64,000 nt of DNA from Promethearchaeota archaeon. Lineage in GTDB: Archaea; Asgardarchaeota; Heimdallarchaeia; Hodarchaeales; Hodarchaeaceae. The first letter of the stretch is position 1. Every line of letters starts with the position of its first letter. The stretch is taken from the NCBI GenBank assembly GCA_048938105.1, contig JBHLMN010000004.1, positions 32,001 to 96,000 on the forward strand. Direction: 5' to 3'. Below are positions 49,682 to 59,189 of this stretch, in pieces. The notes under the pieces were generated by a model. The model ran no database searches. It had not been told where the DNA came from and saw nothing but the letters and a program-made list of their open reading frames with translations. A program made the translations under genes and the position numbers.

Positions 49682-52099
49682 TCAAATTCTCTTAAATTCC
49701 AGTTTTATTTCTTGATAGTCAATCATTTCGATTTGTAATTGGTACATAATACCCCAGGTTACTGATTGCTTAGAAAAAGGATATTGTACTGATTTTAGTT
49801 TAAAATTCTCAGGAAATAGTATAAATAGGTCTCCTCTGTGATATCCTCGTTGTTCAAGGGTTATTTTAAGGCAATTAGAATTTGTTTCTATTCGTTTTAC
49901 CTCTTCACATCCCTGCGAGATATGTAATGTTGATGAGATTACTAAAGGAAGATGCAGATCCTCAAAAGGAATAATCCCGAGATATCGACAACCGTGTGGG
50001 GGAATGTCAAGTGGTGGTAACGATTCCTTGTAAGAAAAGCATCCGATTAATCTCTCTTCCCACCAATCAAAAATTAGATAGTGGTCAGAGATGTTCGAAT
50101 TCATAAATATATCCTTTAAAATATAATTTCTTTTGACTGGTTCATCATTCCAGTTAATGATCGCAAGTAAAGCACGTTTTCCTAATACACTTTCTGTTTC
50201 TAAAAGATAGAGTGTTGGCAGAGGTTCATATAGAGTATTAATTGGGAGAGCTGTGGCGGAGTACGGGGGCATGAGTTTTAAAGCCAAGTTTAGTCTCTCT
50301 TTCTCTATTTTCGTCATGTCATCTGAAAGTAATAATTGCCCACCTGTTAATCCAAAAATGGTGCATTGGAGCTTAATCTCCTCATCTGTTAGTTCACTAT
50401 TTTTCTTTCTTACGATCAAACAATCAGGATCATTAACCCAAAATTTATTATGCATGAAGGAACGATTAATACTTCCGATGAGAGCATATTTTAAACAGGG
50501 ATTTCCATAAATAGGGTCATCTCCAGTGTCCCACAATTCTTTCGTGTCTTCACTGACTCTCATGGCGTCGACACATCCGATACTTGGGCCTAAAGGAGCC
50601 CCACAACCAAGAAGATACTTCCCTTTCCCCATTATTTTTCGAATCAGATTTACTGATTCACGATAGACTTGAGCCCGAGTCAATCCTTTCTTGTAGTATT
50701 GACTCCTAAAAACAGAAGCAGCATAAATAAAGTCAATTTTTATGAAATCAAATTGCCACTTATTTACAATGGTGTTGATAAGATTTTCTATGTGAATTTG
50801 GACTTCAGGACGGGTTAAATCTAAAGCATATTCTGTTTGATTCCAATTATAACAAACAGGTAAGAGCTCTTGATCCTCCTGTGAGTGTAGAAACCATTCA
50901 GGATGTTTTAGGAAAAGCTCCGAGTTCTCTGCTGCAAAAAAAGGAGCAATCCATATTCCTGCAGCTTTGTTCTGTTGGTGAGTCAAATCTACAAAATCAG
51001 AAAGACCATCTAAAAATTTGTCATTAAAGGAAGTATAATCTCCAATAGCTGTAAAATAACCGTCATCGAGTTGTAACATATCAATGGGAATGTTTGGTGA
51101 TTTTTCGAAATAATTTGCGTTTGAAAGCAATTCTACATTTGAAATATCAGTATAATAATAATACCAACTACACCATCCTACTTTTGGTTGATGGATCTGG
51201 ACATTCATTCTTTTACTAGTTACTTCAGCATACTCAACTAATCCTAGGTAACCTTGGCCTTGTGATTTAAAACTGATGAGTAATTCTTCTGATTTAATAG
51301 GTTTTTTTCTTAGTTTGTTCATTGGAATACCGTCGTACTGAGAATATGCAGATAACCAAGAAATTTGCGAGGGCCCTCTGAATTGATCCATAACAATTCG
51401 TGAGAAAGAGTTTGCTAGTGTACAAAATCCAAGTATCAGACTACCCTTACTCTCTATATCAGAAATCGCAGTTAGATACTCCGACATGAACCGTCCATGA
51501 ATTAAATTATCCTTATTCTGATGAATAGACGCGATTACATCGACTTCTATAGACTGAAAAGCTTCTTCGAACATTCGGGTTTTTGTAAAACTCCAGCTTT
51601 GGAAACCATGTTCAAAAAAAGTCACATTTTCAGGATAAGTTTCAGAATTTTCATTCAATTTTATGCTTCCATTCATAATCCTTAGAGGTGCTAATGAATG
51701 TAAAGCATATGACAGGTTTTCTGCAGAGTTCTTTGAGATTATCAGCTGCAAAATACAAAAATCATGATTTTCATATAGAGTAATGCTTAATTGTGCTTTA
51801 ATTTCTACTTTCCTAATGGAAAAAGCATCAGTGAATATTAGATCAAATAAAACTTGTTTTCCTGTGCCGATCTCATCTGAAATTATTGTATCAGAGAATA
51901 CACTTTCGTCTGGTACTTTTGGTATTAAAGTTATAATCTTATTATCGTCAATAAGATTGATTGCTGGGGTAATTCCATTTATGTTAAAATTTGTTATCAA
52001 AGAAGAAATTTCTATCTCATTTGTCGATTTTAAAAACCTGATCTTGAGAGTGTTTCCCTGAATTGCTATAAATTCAACAGTTTCAAACAGTTCAATCAT
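49682..52099 (-). CDS. GH36-family alpha-galactosidase
   Basis: GFQSWS, GWCSWY, QLDDGY, GIWIAPF, nucleophile IKIDF, RVSED, NDPD. Confidence 0.88.
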   Translation of the reverse strand: MIELFETVEFIAIQGNTLKIRFLKSTNEIEISSLITNFNINGITPAINLIDDNKIITLIPKVPDESVFSDTIISDEIGTGKQVLFDLIFTDAFSIRKVEIKAQLSITLYENHDFCILQLIISKNSAENLSYALHSLAPLRIMNGSIKLNENSETYPENVTFFEHGFQSWSFTKTRMFEEAFQSIEVDVIASIHQNKDNLIHGRFMSEYLTAISDIESKGSLILGFCTLANSFSRIVMDQFRGPSQISWLSAYSQYDGIPMNKLRKKPIKSEELLISFKSQGQGYLGLVEYAEVTSKRMNVQIHQPKVGWCSWYYYYTDISNVELLSNANYFEKSPNIPIDMLQLDDGYFTAIGDYTSFNDKFLDGLSDFVDLTHQQNKAAGIWIAPFFAAENSELFLKHPEWFLHSQEDQELLPVCYNWNQTEYALDLTRPEVQIHIENLINTIVNKWQFDFIKIDFIYAASVFRSQYYKKGLTRAQVYRESVNLIRKIMGKGKYLLGCGAPLGPSIGCVDAMRVSEDTKELWDTGDDPIYGNPCLKYALIGSINRSFMHNKFWVNDPDCLIVRKKNSELTDEEIKLQCTIFGLTGGQLLLSDDMTKIEKERLNLALKLMPPYSATALPINTLYEPLPTLYLLETESVLGKRALLAIINWNDEPVKRNYILKDIFMNSNISDHYLIFDWWEERLIGCFSYKESLPPLDIPPHGCRYLGIIPFEDLHLPLVISSTLHISQGCEEVKRIETNSNCLKITLEQRGYHRGDLFILFPENFKLKSVQYPFSKQSVTWGIMYQLQIEMIDYQEIKLEFKRI

Positions 52100-52226
52100 A
52101 TTTTGTCATTTTACGAATCTATTAAAAAGAAATATCATCATACTCAAGAACGGATAAATTAAGTCAATAAAGCTAGATTAGGGAGAAAATTCCTTATTTA
52201 AAAAGAAATTTCACTTATTTCCTCCA

Positions 52227-52246
52227 AATACAAAAGCTTTTGTATT
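52227..52246. promoter_or_regulatory. Perfect 20-bp palindrome, candidate operator between divergent genes
   Basis: AATACAAAAGCTTTTGTATT is its own reverse complement and ends 13 bp before ATG 52260. Confidence 0.55.
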
Positions 52247-52259
52247 GAATGTGACGATC

Positions 52260-53345
52260 ATGACCTTTGCCCGAATGCTTCTTGAAGAATGGTTTGATAA
52301 ATACCAGTTTGAAGTCGATTATGACATTGGAGAGAGTGGAGTAAAATTCTTCAAATTTCGTGATTTGAATTTAGATCTTGATGATGTCGAATTAAGATAC
52401 ACCCACCATTTAGGTAACCCTGAACTGAGAGAAGTCATTGCTCTGGAATATGAAAATATAAGTTGGGAGAGTATTGCAGTTACTACTGGTGCCGCAGAAT
52501 CTATTTTTTCACTTATTGCATCTTTAACAAGTAGAAAAGATCATATTATAGTAGAATGTCCCAATTATCCCTCCTTTTGGTATATTCCAGAATCCTTGGA
52601 GCGTCAAATGGATCTTTTCTCCTTAAGATTCGATGAACAATTTAAACCGAATGTTGAGACTCTAGAGGAAATGATAAGACCAAATACGAAACTAATTTGT
52701 TTAACACACCCAAATAATCCAACTGGATCTGTAATAACAGAAGAGGAACTAAAGAATATATTAGATATAATTGAAGAGAAGAAGATTTGGCTATTAATGG
52801 ATGAAACTTATAGAGATTTATCAATTAGTAAATCACCCCCTCCAACAGCTGCAAGCTTAAATTCAAGGGCTATTAGTGTTTCTACAATGTCTAAAGTGTT
52901 TGGTGTTCCTGGGATAAGAATTGGTTGGTCTGCTTGTCTTGATGAAAATGTTATCAAAGGAATTTTAAAAGTTCGGGAACAAAAAACTATTTGCAATTCA
53001 GCATTGAATGAGGTAATAGCACTGCAGCTGTTAAACCAGAAAGAAGAGCATTTACTGGATATTAAAAGACGAGTTAATACCAATATTCAAATCCTAATAG
53101 AATGGATGAAAAATCAAGAGGATTTAAAATTTATAGTTCCTGAAGGTGGAGTAACGTGTTTTCCCCGCTATAGAGAATCAACTAAGGAACTTTGTCGTCT
53201 CTTAGTAGAAAAATATAGGACATTTACAGTTCCAGGTTACTGCTTTAAGATGGATTCCTTTTTCCGTTTGGGATTTGGTGGAGAAACGGAAGAATTGAAG
53301 AAAGGGCTTGAAAAACTAAACCTAGCTATAAATGAAATTGAATGA
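52260..53345 (+). CDS. Class I/II PLP aminotransferase-fold enzyme (start probably ATG 52260)
   Basis: DIGESGV, HPNNPTG, DETY, SKVFGVPGIRIGW. Confidence 0.9.
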   Translation: MTFARMLLEEWFDKYQFEVDYDIGESGVKFFKFRDLNLDLDDVELRYTHHLGNPELREVIALEYENISWESIAVTTGAAESIFSLIASLTSRKDHIIVECPNYPSFWYIPESLERQMDLFSLRFDEQFKPNVETLEEMIRPNTKLICLTHPNNPTGSVITEEELKNILDIIEEKKIWLLMDETYRDLSISKSPPPTAASLNSRAISVSTMSKVFGVPGIRIGWSACLDENVIKGILKVREQKTICNSALNEVIALQLLNQKEEHLLDIKRRVNTNIQILIEWMKNQEDLKFIVPEGGVTCFPRYRESTKELCRLLVEKYRTFTVPGYCFKMDSFFRLGFGGETEELKKGLEKLNLAINEIE

Positions 53346-53400
53346 ACAACACAAACATCATAAATCCTAAAAATATACTTATCAAAGGGTTTCGATAACG

Positions 53401-54477
53401 TTGAAAAGACCTTTGAAGATTCTCCTTACATCAGTAGGATGTCCTGGTGCACCAGCACTTATTAGACACTTAAAAGACAATGGAGAGAGAGAAATCCAGA
53501 TAATCGGCATTGATATGAACCAATATGCTACAGGATTCTATATGGTTGATAAACCGTATATTGTACCACCAGCCAAAGAAAGTAATTATATTCCATCATT
53601 GTTTAAAATAGCTGAAAAAGAGAAACCTGATGTAATTTTTCCCCAATCCTCCTATGAAGTAGGACCAATTTCTCGGAATAAAGAAAAATTTGAAGATTTA
53701 GGCGCTAAAGTAATGGTCTCCAAACCTAAACCTATCGAAATATGTAATAATAAGTATCTTTTGCTAGAATTCTTGAGATCTCATGGATTGAAGACAGCAG
53801 AATATTATTATCCGAAAGATCTCAAAGAGTTTCAAGAATGTGCAAGACTCTTAGGATTTCCAGAGAAAAAAGTTTGCTTCAAACCACATATTTCTAAAGG
53901 GAGTCGAGGCATGCGGATTATAGACCCCAAAATAAATAAGGTCGATTTACTTCTGAACAAACGTCCTTTTAATAGATATATTGATATGAATGATTTTTTT
54001 GAGATTTTTACTGATAAAGAATTCCCCAAACTTCTGCTAATGGAGTACTTAGACGGACTTGAATGTACTGTGGACACATTAGTTTCTGATGGTGAAACGC
54101 TTCTTTCAACAGTAAAAACCCGTGAAAAAGCCACATCTGGTCTAGCAATGATTTTTAAAACAGTTGATCGTCCAGACCTTGAATCATTTACAGAATTAGC
54201 TATGAAAGCACTTCGTCTTGACTACTGTATCAATGTTCAATTCAAGGGTAAACATCTTATAGAAATCAATCCACGAGTATCAACTTTTACATACCAAGAA
54301 GACCTTGTTTTACCCTATCTTTCTCTTAAATGGCTTCTTGGGGAAATTTCAAAAAAAGAACTAGCTGATCAAAAATCTAAAATAAGATATGGGAGAATAA
54401 CGATCCGCTATTATGAACAATACGGTATTAATGAATTCAATGTTCCACAAATAGATAGTAGAAGGATTATCAATTAA
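53401..54477 (+). CDS. Stand-alone ATP-grasp ligase (carbamoyl-phosphate-synthase-like)
   Basis: N-terminal Rossmann-like ILLTSVG.PG, NK, FKP..SKGSRG, LMEYL.G.E.TVD, INVQF, IEINPR. Confidence 0.85.
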   Translation: MKRPLKILLTSVGCPGAPALIRHLKDNGEREIQIIGIDMNQYATGFYMVDKPYIVPPAKESNYIPSLFKIAEKEKPDVIFPQSSYEVGPISRNKEKFEDLGAKVMVSKPKPIEICNNKYLLLEFLRSHGLKTAEYYYPKDLKEFQECARLLGFPEKKVCFKPHISKGSRGMRIIDPKINKVDLLLNKRPFNRYIDMNDFFEIFTDKEFPKLLLMEYLDGLECTVDTLVSDGETLLSTVKTREKATSGLAMIFKTVDRPDLESFTELAMKALRLDYCINVQFKGKHLIEINPRVSTFTYQEDLVLPYLSLKWLLGEISKKELADQKSKIRYGRITIRYYEQYGINEFNVPQIDSRRIIN

Positions 54478-54505
54478 ATACTCTGTGTCATAGAGCTGTT
54501 CAGAA

Positions 54506-56014
54506 ATGACAAAGAAAAAGGAATTATCAGAATATTATGGCAAAGGAGGGCGATTGAAGACCTCTGCTGCACGAGAATTAATTGAAACAGCCTATAATTT
54601 TGAGTGTAATGAACAAAAGATATTATTTAACGATATAGGGTATGCTGATATCGCTCATGTCTTGATGTTGATTGAGGAAGGAGTGATTCCTCCTGAAAAA
54701 GGAGGTACTCTTCTTAAAGCTTTAATGGATTTACAAGAAGTAGATGTTGACAACATACCTCTCAAAACTGAATTGGGAGATATTTATAACGTTCGAACTG
54801 GTATATTAGAAGAAAAAATTGGAAAATTAACTGGTTGGATGCACGCAGGCCGCCCTCGGCGTGAAGCAATTAATATTGGTTTTTTGCTTACTGTTAGACG
54901 TCTTTTACTCAGATTGTTAAAGGTTCATCTCCTTTTAATCAATGAATTCCTAGCCAAAGCTCAAAGCCACTTGAATACAATAATGCCAGATTTCACATAT
55001 TTACATCATGCACAACCCACATCTTTGAGTCACTACTTGTTAACATTTGTATATCCTGCTTTACGAGATTTAGAGAGATTAAAAGTTAATTATGAACGAA
55101 TAAACTCAAGTCCCTGTGGTTCTGGTAGTGTGAATGGATCAAGGCTTCCCCTTAATCGAACCCGTCTTATGATATTACTAGGATTCGATAGAATGACAAA
55201 ACATACAAGGGATGCAATGTGGCAACCTGATATACCTATTGAAACAGCATCAAATTTACTGGCATTGTTAATCAATATTAACAGATTTTCTGAAGAGTTA
55301 CAAATATGGAGCACAACAGAATTTAAGATGATTGATCTTCCAGATCGTTTCTGCAGAGCAAGTGTAATTATGCCTCAAAAGAAAAATCCTTACTCGCTGA
55401 CATACATTCGTGGATTAACGGGAGATATGATAGGTACTTTTACGAGTATTGCTGGAGTAGCAAAAACTTCATCAGGCAATCCTGATTCTAGAATGTTCGT
55501 TTACGGTAAGTTGCCAAGAGCTATTGAAAATATTTCAAAAGCAGTTGATCTTTTTGCTTCTCTTATAAGAGACATGAAACCAAAAACTGAAATAATGTTA
55601 CAAAGAGCAAATGAGGGTTTTCCCCAAGCTACTGATCTTGCTGATGTCATAATGCAAGAAAAAAAAGTAGATTATCGGTCTGCACACCAAATCGTCGGCA
55701 TTCTTGCTAGAAAATCTATTGAATCTGAGTCAATAGAATTTTCTCTGACTCCTGAATCAGTTGATGAAGCTGCTAGTCAAGTTCTCGGGGAAAAAATTGG
55801 TTTAACACAAAAACAATTAGAATCAGTACTTGATCCAGTAAAAATCGTTGAAACAAGGCAAGGTCCTGGAGGTGCTTCGAAAATTCGTGTCCAAGAAATG
55901 ATTAGGGAGTGCCATGAATTCATTCAAGAGATTTCAGGATGGAGAGATGAATGTGAAGAACGTTCTTTAAATGCTCTCAATAATCTCATTTTGATAGCAA
56001 AAGAAAAAATTTGA
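54506..56014 (+). CDS. Argininosuccinate-lyase-like aspartase/fumarase superfamily lyase (XcbC-like candidate, probably not true ArgH)
   Basis: HAGRPRRE, MPDFTYLHHAQP, signature ASVIMPQKKNP, ATDLAD, YRSAHQIVG; directly upstream of comA. Confidence 0.8.
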   Translation: MTKKKELSEYYGKGGRLKTSAARELIETAYNFECNEQKILFNDIGYADIAHVLMLIEEGVIPPEKGGTLLKALMDLQEVDVDNIPLKTELGDIYNVRTGILEEKIGKLTGWMHAGRPRREAINIGFLLTVRRLLLRLLKVHLLLINEFLAKAQSHLNTIMPDFTYLHHAQPTSLSHYLLTFVYPALRDLERLKVNYERINSSPCGSGSVNGSRLPLNRTRLMILLGFDRMTKHTRDAMWQPDIPIETASNLLALLININRFSEELQIWSTTEFKMIDLPDRFCRASVIMPQKKNPYSLTYIRGLTGDMIGTFTSIAGVAKTSSGNPDSRMFVYGKLPRAIENISKAVDLFASLIRDMKPKTEIMLQRANEGFPQATDLADVIMQEKKVDYRSAHQIVGILARKSIESESIEFSLTPESVDEAASQVLGEKIGLTQKQLESVLDPVKIVETRQGPGGASKIRVQEMIRECHEFIQEISGWRDECEERSLNALNNLILIAKEKI

Positions 56015-56025
56015 GTTGTGGAATT

Positions 56026-56793
56026 ATGAAAAAATTACTAAATCTTCCTGAAAGAGCTAAAAAGCCAAGAGAAATTGGATTAACTCATGTTTTAGACAAA
56101 GCAATTGGTCTCTCAGCCCAAGAAGATATGCTTAACACATGTGCTTATTATATTGATATAGTGAAAATTGGGTGGGGATTAGGAGTTCTCGTACAGCACC
56201 TAAAAGATAAAATCGATTTGTATCATAAGCATAAAATCCCAGTCACCTTTGGTGGCACATTATTTGAGGTTGCCTACGCCAATAACAGGCTTGATGAATA
56301 CAAGAATTGGATGAAAGAATTAGGGGTAGGGTATATGGAGATCTCTGATGGTACAATTACCTTATCTATATCTGAGAAGTTGGATTTTATAAAGGAATTT
56401 TCCAAAGATTTCACTGTACTTTCTGAATTCGGCAGCAAAGATGCTGCAACCATTGTCGCTCCTAAAGAGTGGGTGTTAGGAATGATTATGGAACTTGATG
56501 CTGGAGCATGGAAAGTAATCGCTGAAGGCAGAGAATCAGGAACATCTGGTCTTTATCGGCGAAGTTCTGAAATCCGTACAGGTCTCGTCGATGAGCTCAT
56601 TGATGCAATTAATCATGAAAAAATCATTTGGGAGGCTCCTCAAAAGTCCCAACAAGTGTGGTTCATCAAAAAATTTGGTCCGAATGTAAATTTGGGCAAT
56701 ATTGCCCCCTCAGAAATAATTCCATTAGAAACTTTGCGTCTTGGGTTACGTGGAGACACATTGTTAACATTTCATGGTTCAAAGGAAAAATAG
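56026..56793 (+). CDS. comA: Phosphosulfolactate synthase
   Basis: KPR..GLT.VLDK, KIGWG, GGTLFE, EISDG, SEFGSK, EGRESG, WEAP...QQ, VNLGNI, LETLRLGLRGDT. Confidence 0.95.
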   Translation: MKKLLNLPERAKKPREIGLTHVLDKAIGLSAQEDMLNTCAYYIDIVKIGWGLGVLVQHLKDKIDLYHKHKIPVTFGGTLFEVAYANNRLDEYKNWMKELGVGYMEISDGTITLSISEKLDFIKEFSKDFTVLSEFGSKDAATIVAPKEWVLGMIMELDAGAWKVIAEGRESGTSGLYRRSSEIRTGLVDELIDAINHEKIIWEAPQKSQQVWFIKKFGPNVNLGNIAPSEIIPLETLRLGLRGDTLLTFHGSKEK

Positions 56794-56800
56794 CCCATTT

Positions 56801-57619
56801 TCAGCTTTTATCTTTTCTTCTATGAATGTCTTTTTTGAGATCGGGGTTGGAAATGGTCGTTAAACTCGAATCCAAATCAATAGTTGTTGCCATTTCCCGT
56901 ATAAATTGTTCCTTGTTTGCATGTATGTGAATTCCACATTCTTTTTTCTCCAATCCTTTCCAACGTCCCTCTCTTTCTCCTTCCCCATCATTTACGGGTG
57001 CTGTGCAGGGAACGCATCCAATACTTGGGAAATTTTTGTCATGAAGAGGATTATACGGAAGTTCATACTTTTTAATATAGAACCAGACTTTTTCTTGAGA
57101 CCAATCCCACATTGGATTGATTTTAATCATTCCCCGCCCATCTATTTCAATAACATCTAGATTTGCACGCGTTTTAAACTGATCTCTTCTTATTGCACTT
57201 AACCAAGCGTTTTTCGTTTCCAGTACTTTTAGGAGGGGTATAACCTTTCTATAATGGCAACAGATGTCAGGGTTTGTTCTGAAAGCGTTTTTTCCAATTA
57301 TAGTGTCTAATTCTTTTTCGCTAAAATTCGGATATAAAAGCTGTATATTTAGTTTCCATTCATTTCTTATTCTATTCATGAGATCAATTGTCTCTGGAAA
57401 ATGGAGACGAGTATCAATGAAATATATTGGAACTTGTGGTACTGTATCTTTAATAAAGTTCATTAAAACAATACCACTATAGCCAAAGGCAGTAGTCATT
57501 GCTAATTCTTCACTAAATTCCTCATAAGATAATAAAATGATTTCTGATACATCTCTGCCAGTGAAATCCTTTTTCAATATTTTTACTTTTCTTATCTTTT
57601 CTCTCATTGAAAATTTCAT
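56801..57619 (-). CDS. cysH: APS/PAPS reductase family, [4Fe-4S] (APS reductase) type
   Basis: TAFG, FIDT..HFPET, CCHYRKV, SIGCVPCT, REGRW, KECGIH. Confidence 0.88.
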   Translation of the reverse strand: MKFSMREKIRKVKILKKDFTGRDVSEIILLSYEEFSEELAMTTAFGYSGIVLMNFIKDTVPQVPIYFIDTRLHFPETIDLMNRIRNEWKLNIQLLYPNFSEKELDTIIGKNAFRTNPDICCHYRKVIPLLKVLETKNAWLSAIRRDQFKTRANLDVIEIDGRGMIKINPMWDWSQEKVWFYIKKYELPYNPLHDKNFPSIGCVPCTAPVNDGEGEREGRWKGLEKKECGIHIHANKEQFIREMATTIDLDSSLTTISNPDLKKDIHRRKDKS

Positions 57620-57930
57620 TTATATCACTGGTTTCTTGGATATTTAGTCAGATATTTTTCTATAGGATTAGTTAAACTCGTTTGGGATCTTCAAATCGTG
57701 ATCCTTTGGTAGAGAGGAATTAGTTGGCATTATTTCTGATTTTTAATTCTAATAAACAAGCACTCAAATTGATGTTATTAAATATTTTCAATCCTTATCA
57801 TGTGCTTCAAACATCATTTAGTATGTTAGTATCAGCTGGAGAAAGATATAATAATTCGTATTTATGAAAGAATTTCATAATTCTAGTTCTCTTGACTATC
57901 TTAATATTAAAAAAGTAATGGACATCTCAT

Positions 57931-58920
57931 TCATTGAATATTCATAAAATCTTTGATAATTATACTTAGTTTTTCCATATCAAGAGTCATGAAATTGATA
58001 AATCCATCAATTATAAACATTAAAATTCCTAAAAGTAATATTAAAGGTGTTTTACTAAATAATCCTCCTAAAAAGTAAAAACCAAAGTAGCTTAAATGAA
58101 AGAATATGAAAATTATTGGAGGCAATAAATCAGTATTCTTTTCCACAATTGGTTTTGATTGACTAAAAGGCACAAGAAGTATTATACTAGCCAAAATCAT
58201 TGTATAGATGAGAATCGATAATCCTGTCAAACCTGAAGGAATACTGTAATTATAAATACTTAAAATATTAAATAATATGTATACAGGTAGTGGAAGGACA
58301 TGAAATGATAGAAATAAAGGCAGGTATGAAAAGAAGGGAATAATTAGGAAATACAGGATCGATAAGATTGAAGGAACATTAAATTTTTTACTAATTTCTT
58401 TTTCTTCTAATCGTAACATTACCGAGAAAATAAGTACAACAAAGAACCATCCAACAAAATTCCCATAATTTACTCCAAAGAAACTATTTAAAGTGGGAAA
58501 GGGTTCCATAGGGATATCAATCCAACTCCAAAAACCACCATCAAGACGAATAGCAATTGTATCCATAGATAAATCAATAGTTAATGCCAGAAACCCATCT
58601 AATACTGAACGTGACCATTCAGGAATATTAACGACCTTGTTGGAAACATTCATACACGCATAAATGATCAAACCCCAACATAATCCAATACATATTGGAA
58701 TGTTGTCAGGAGGAGATCCAAGTTGAATAAGGAATTCAGGGGAGTACGTATAGGTATGCATTACTTGTACATTCATAAATTCAAGGGTCACTCCAAAAAG
58801 GCTTCCACTCACAATTTGAGCTATTGATTTATGATCTTTCCTCATAAACCATAAATAGAACAGAACACCAAGGAACAAGAGAAATGCTGATAATTCTGCA
58901 AATAAAGTGAAAAACACCAT
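57931..58920 (-). CDS. CruF/carotenoid-biosynthesis (hydratase-like) membrane protein family
   Basis: Multi-TM; E...YTY, P..IGLCW, D...D, FWSW, FGV...NFVGWF. Confidence 0.7.
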   Translation of the reverse strand: MVFFTLFAELSAFLLFLGVLFYLWFMRKDHKSIAQIVSGSLFGVTLEFMNVQVMHTYTYSPEFLIQLGSPPDNIPICIGLCWGLIIYACMNVSNKVVNIPEWSRSVLDGFLALTIDLSMDTIAIRLDGGFWSWIDIPMEPFPTLNSFFGVNYGNFVGWFFVVLIFSVMLRLEEKEISKKFNVPSILSILYFLIIPFFSYLPLFLSFHVLPLPVYILFNILSIYNYSIPSGLTGLSILIYTMILASIILLVPFSQSKPIVEKNTDLLPPIIFIFFHLSYFGFYFLGGLFSKTPLILLLGILMFIIDGFINFMTLDMEKLSIIIKDFMNIQ

Positions 58921-59189
58921 CTTTGAACCTTCAGATTTATTTTTATGTTGAGGTGAATTCTATTTTATTCTTCTTTTGTCAATTTGTCTCTTCTAGGAGA
59001 ATCATGAGTTCTACAGAAATCATGTTTGTGTTCATAATTGTGATTTACAATATATGCTTAAATCTTAAGACAAGCATAAAAGTATCGTTTCTAAAAGAGT
59101 AGTTTCATTAGACAATATGGACGAGAATACATAGTAATACATAAAAGCAAAATGATTTGTCAATTCACTTTAAGAACGGAGATTATATT

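Noticed and set aside
54506-56793. argH for arginine synthesis, or evidence of methanogenesis from comA
   Set aside because: No arg genes nearby and the motifs deviate from ArgH; comA occurs in many non-methanogens and no mcr or comB-E genes are present.
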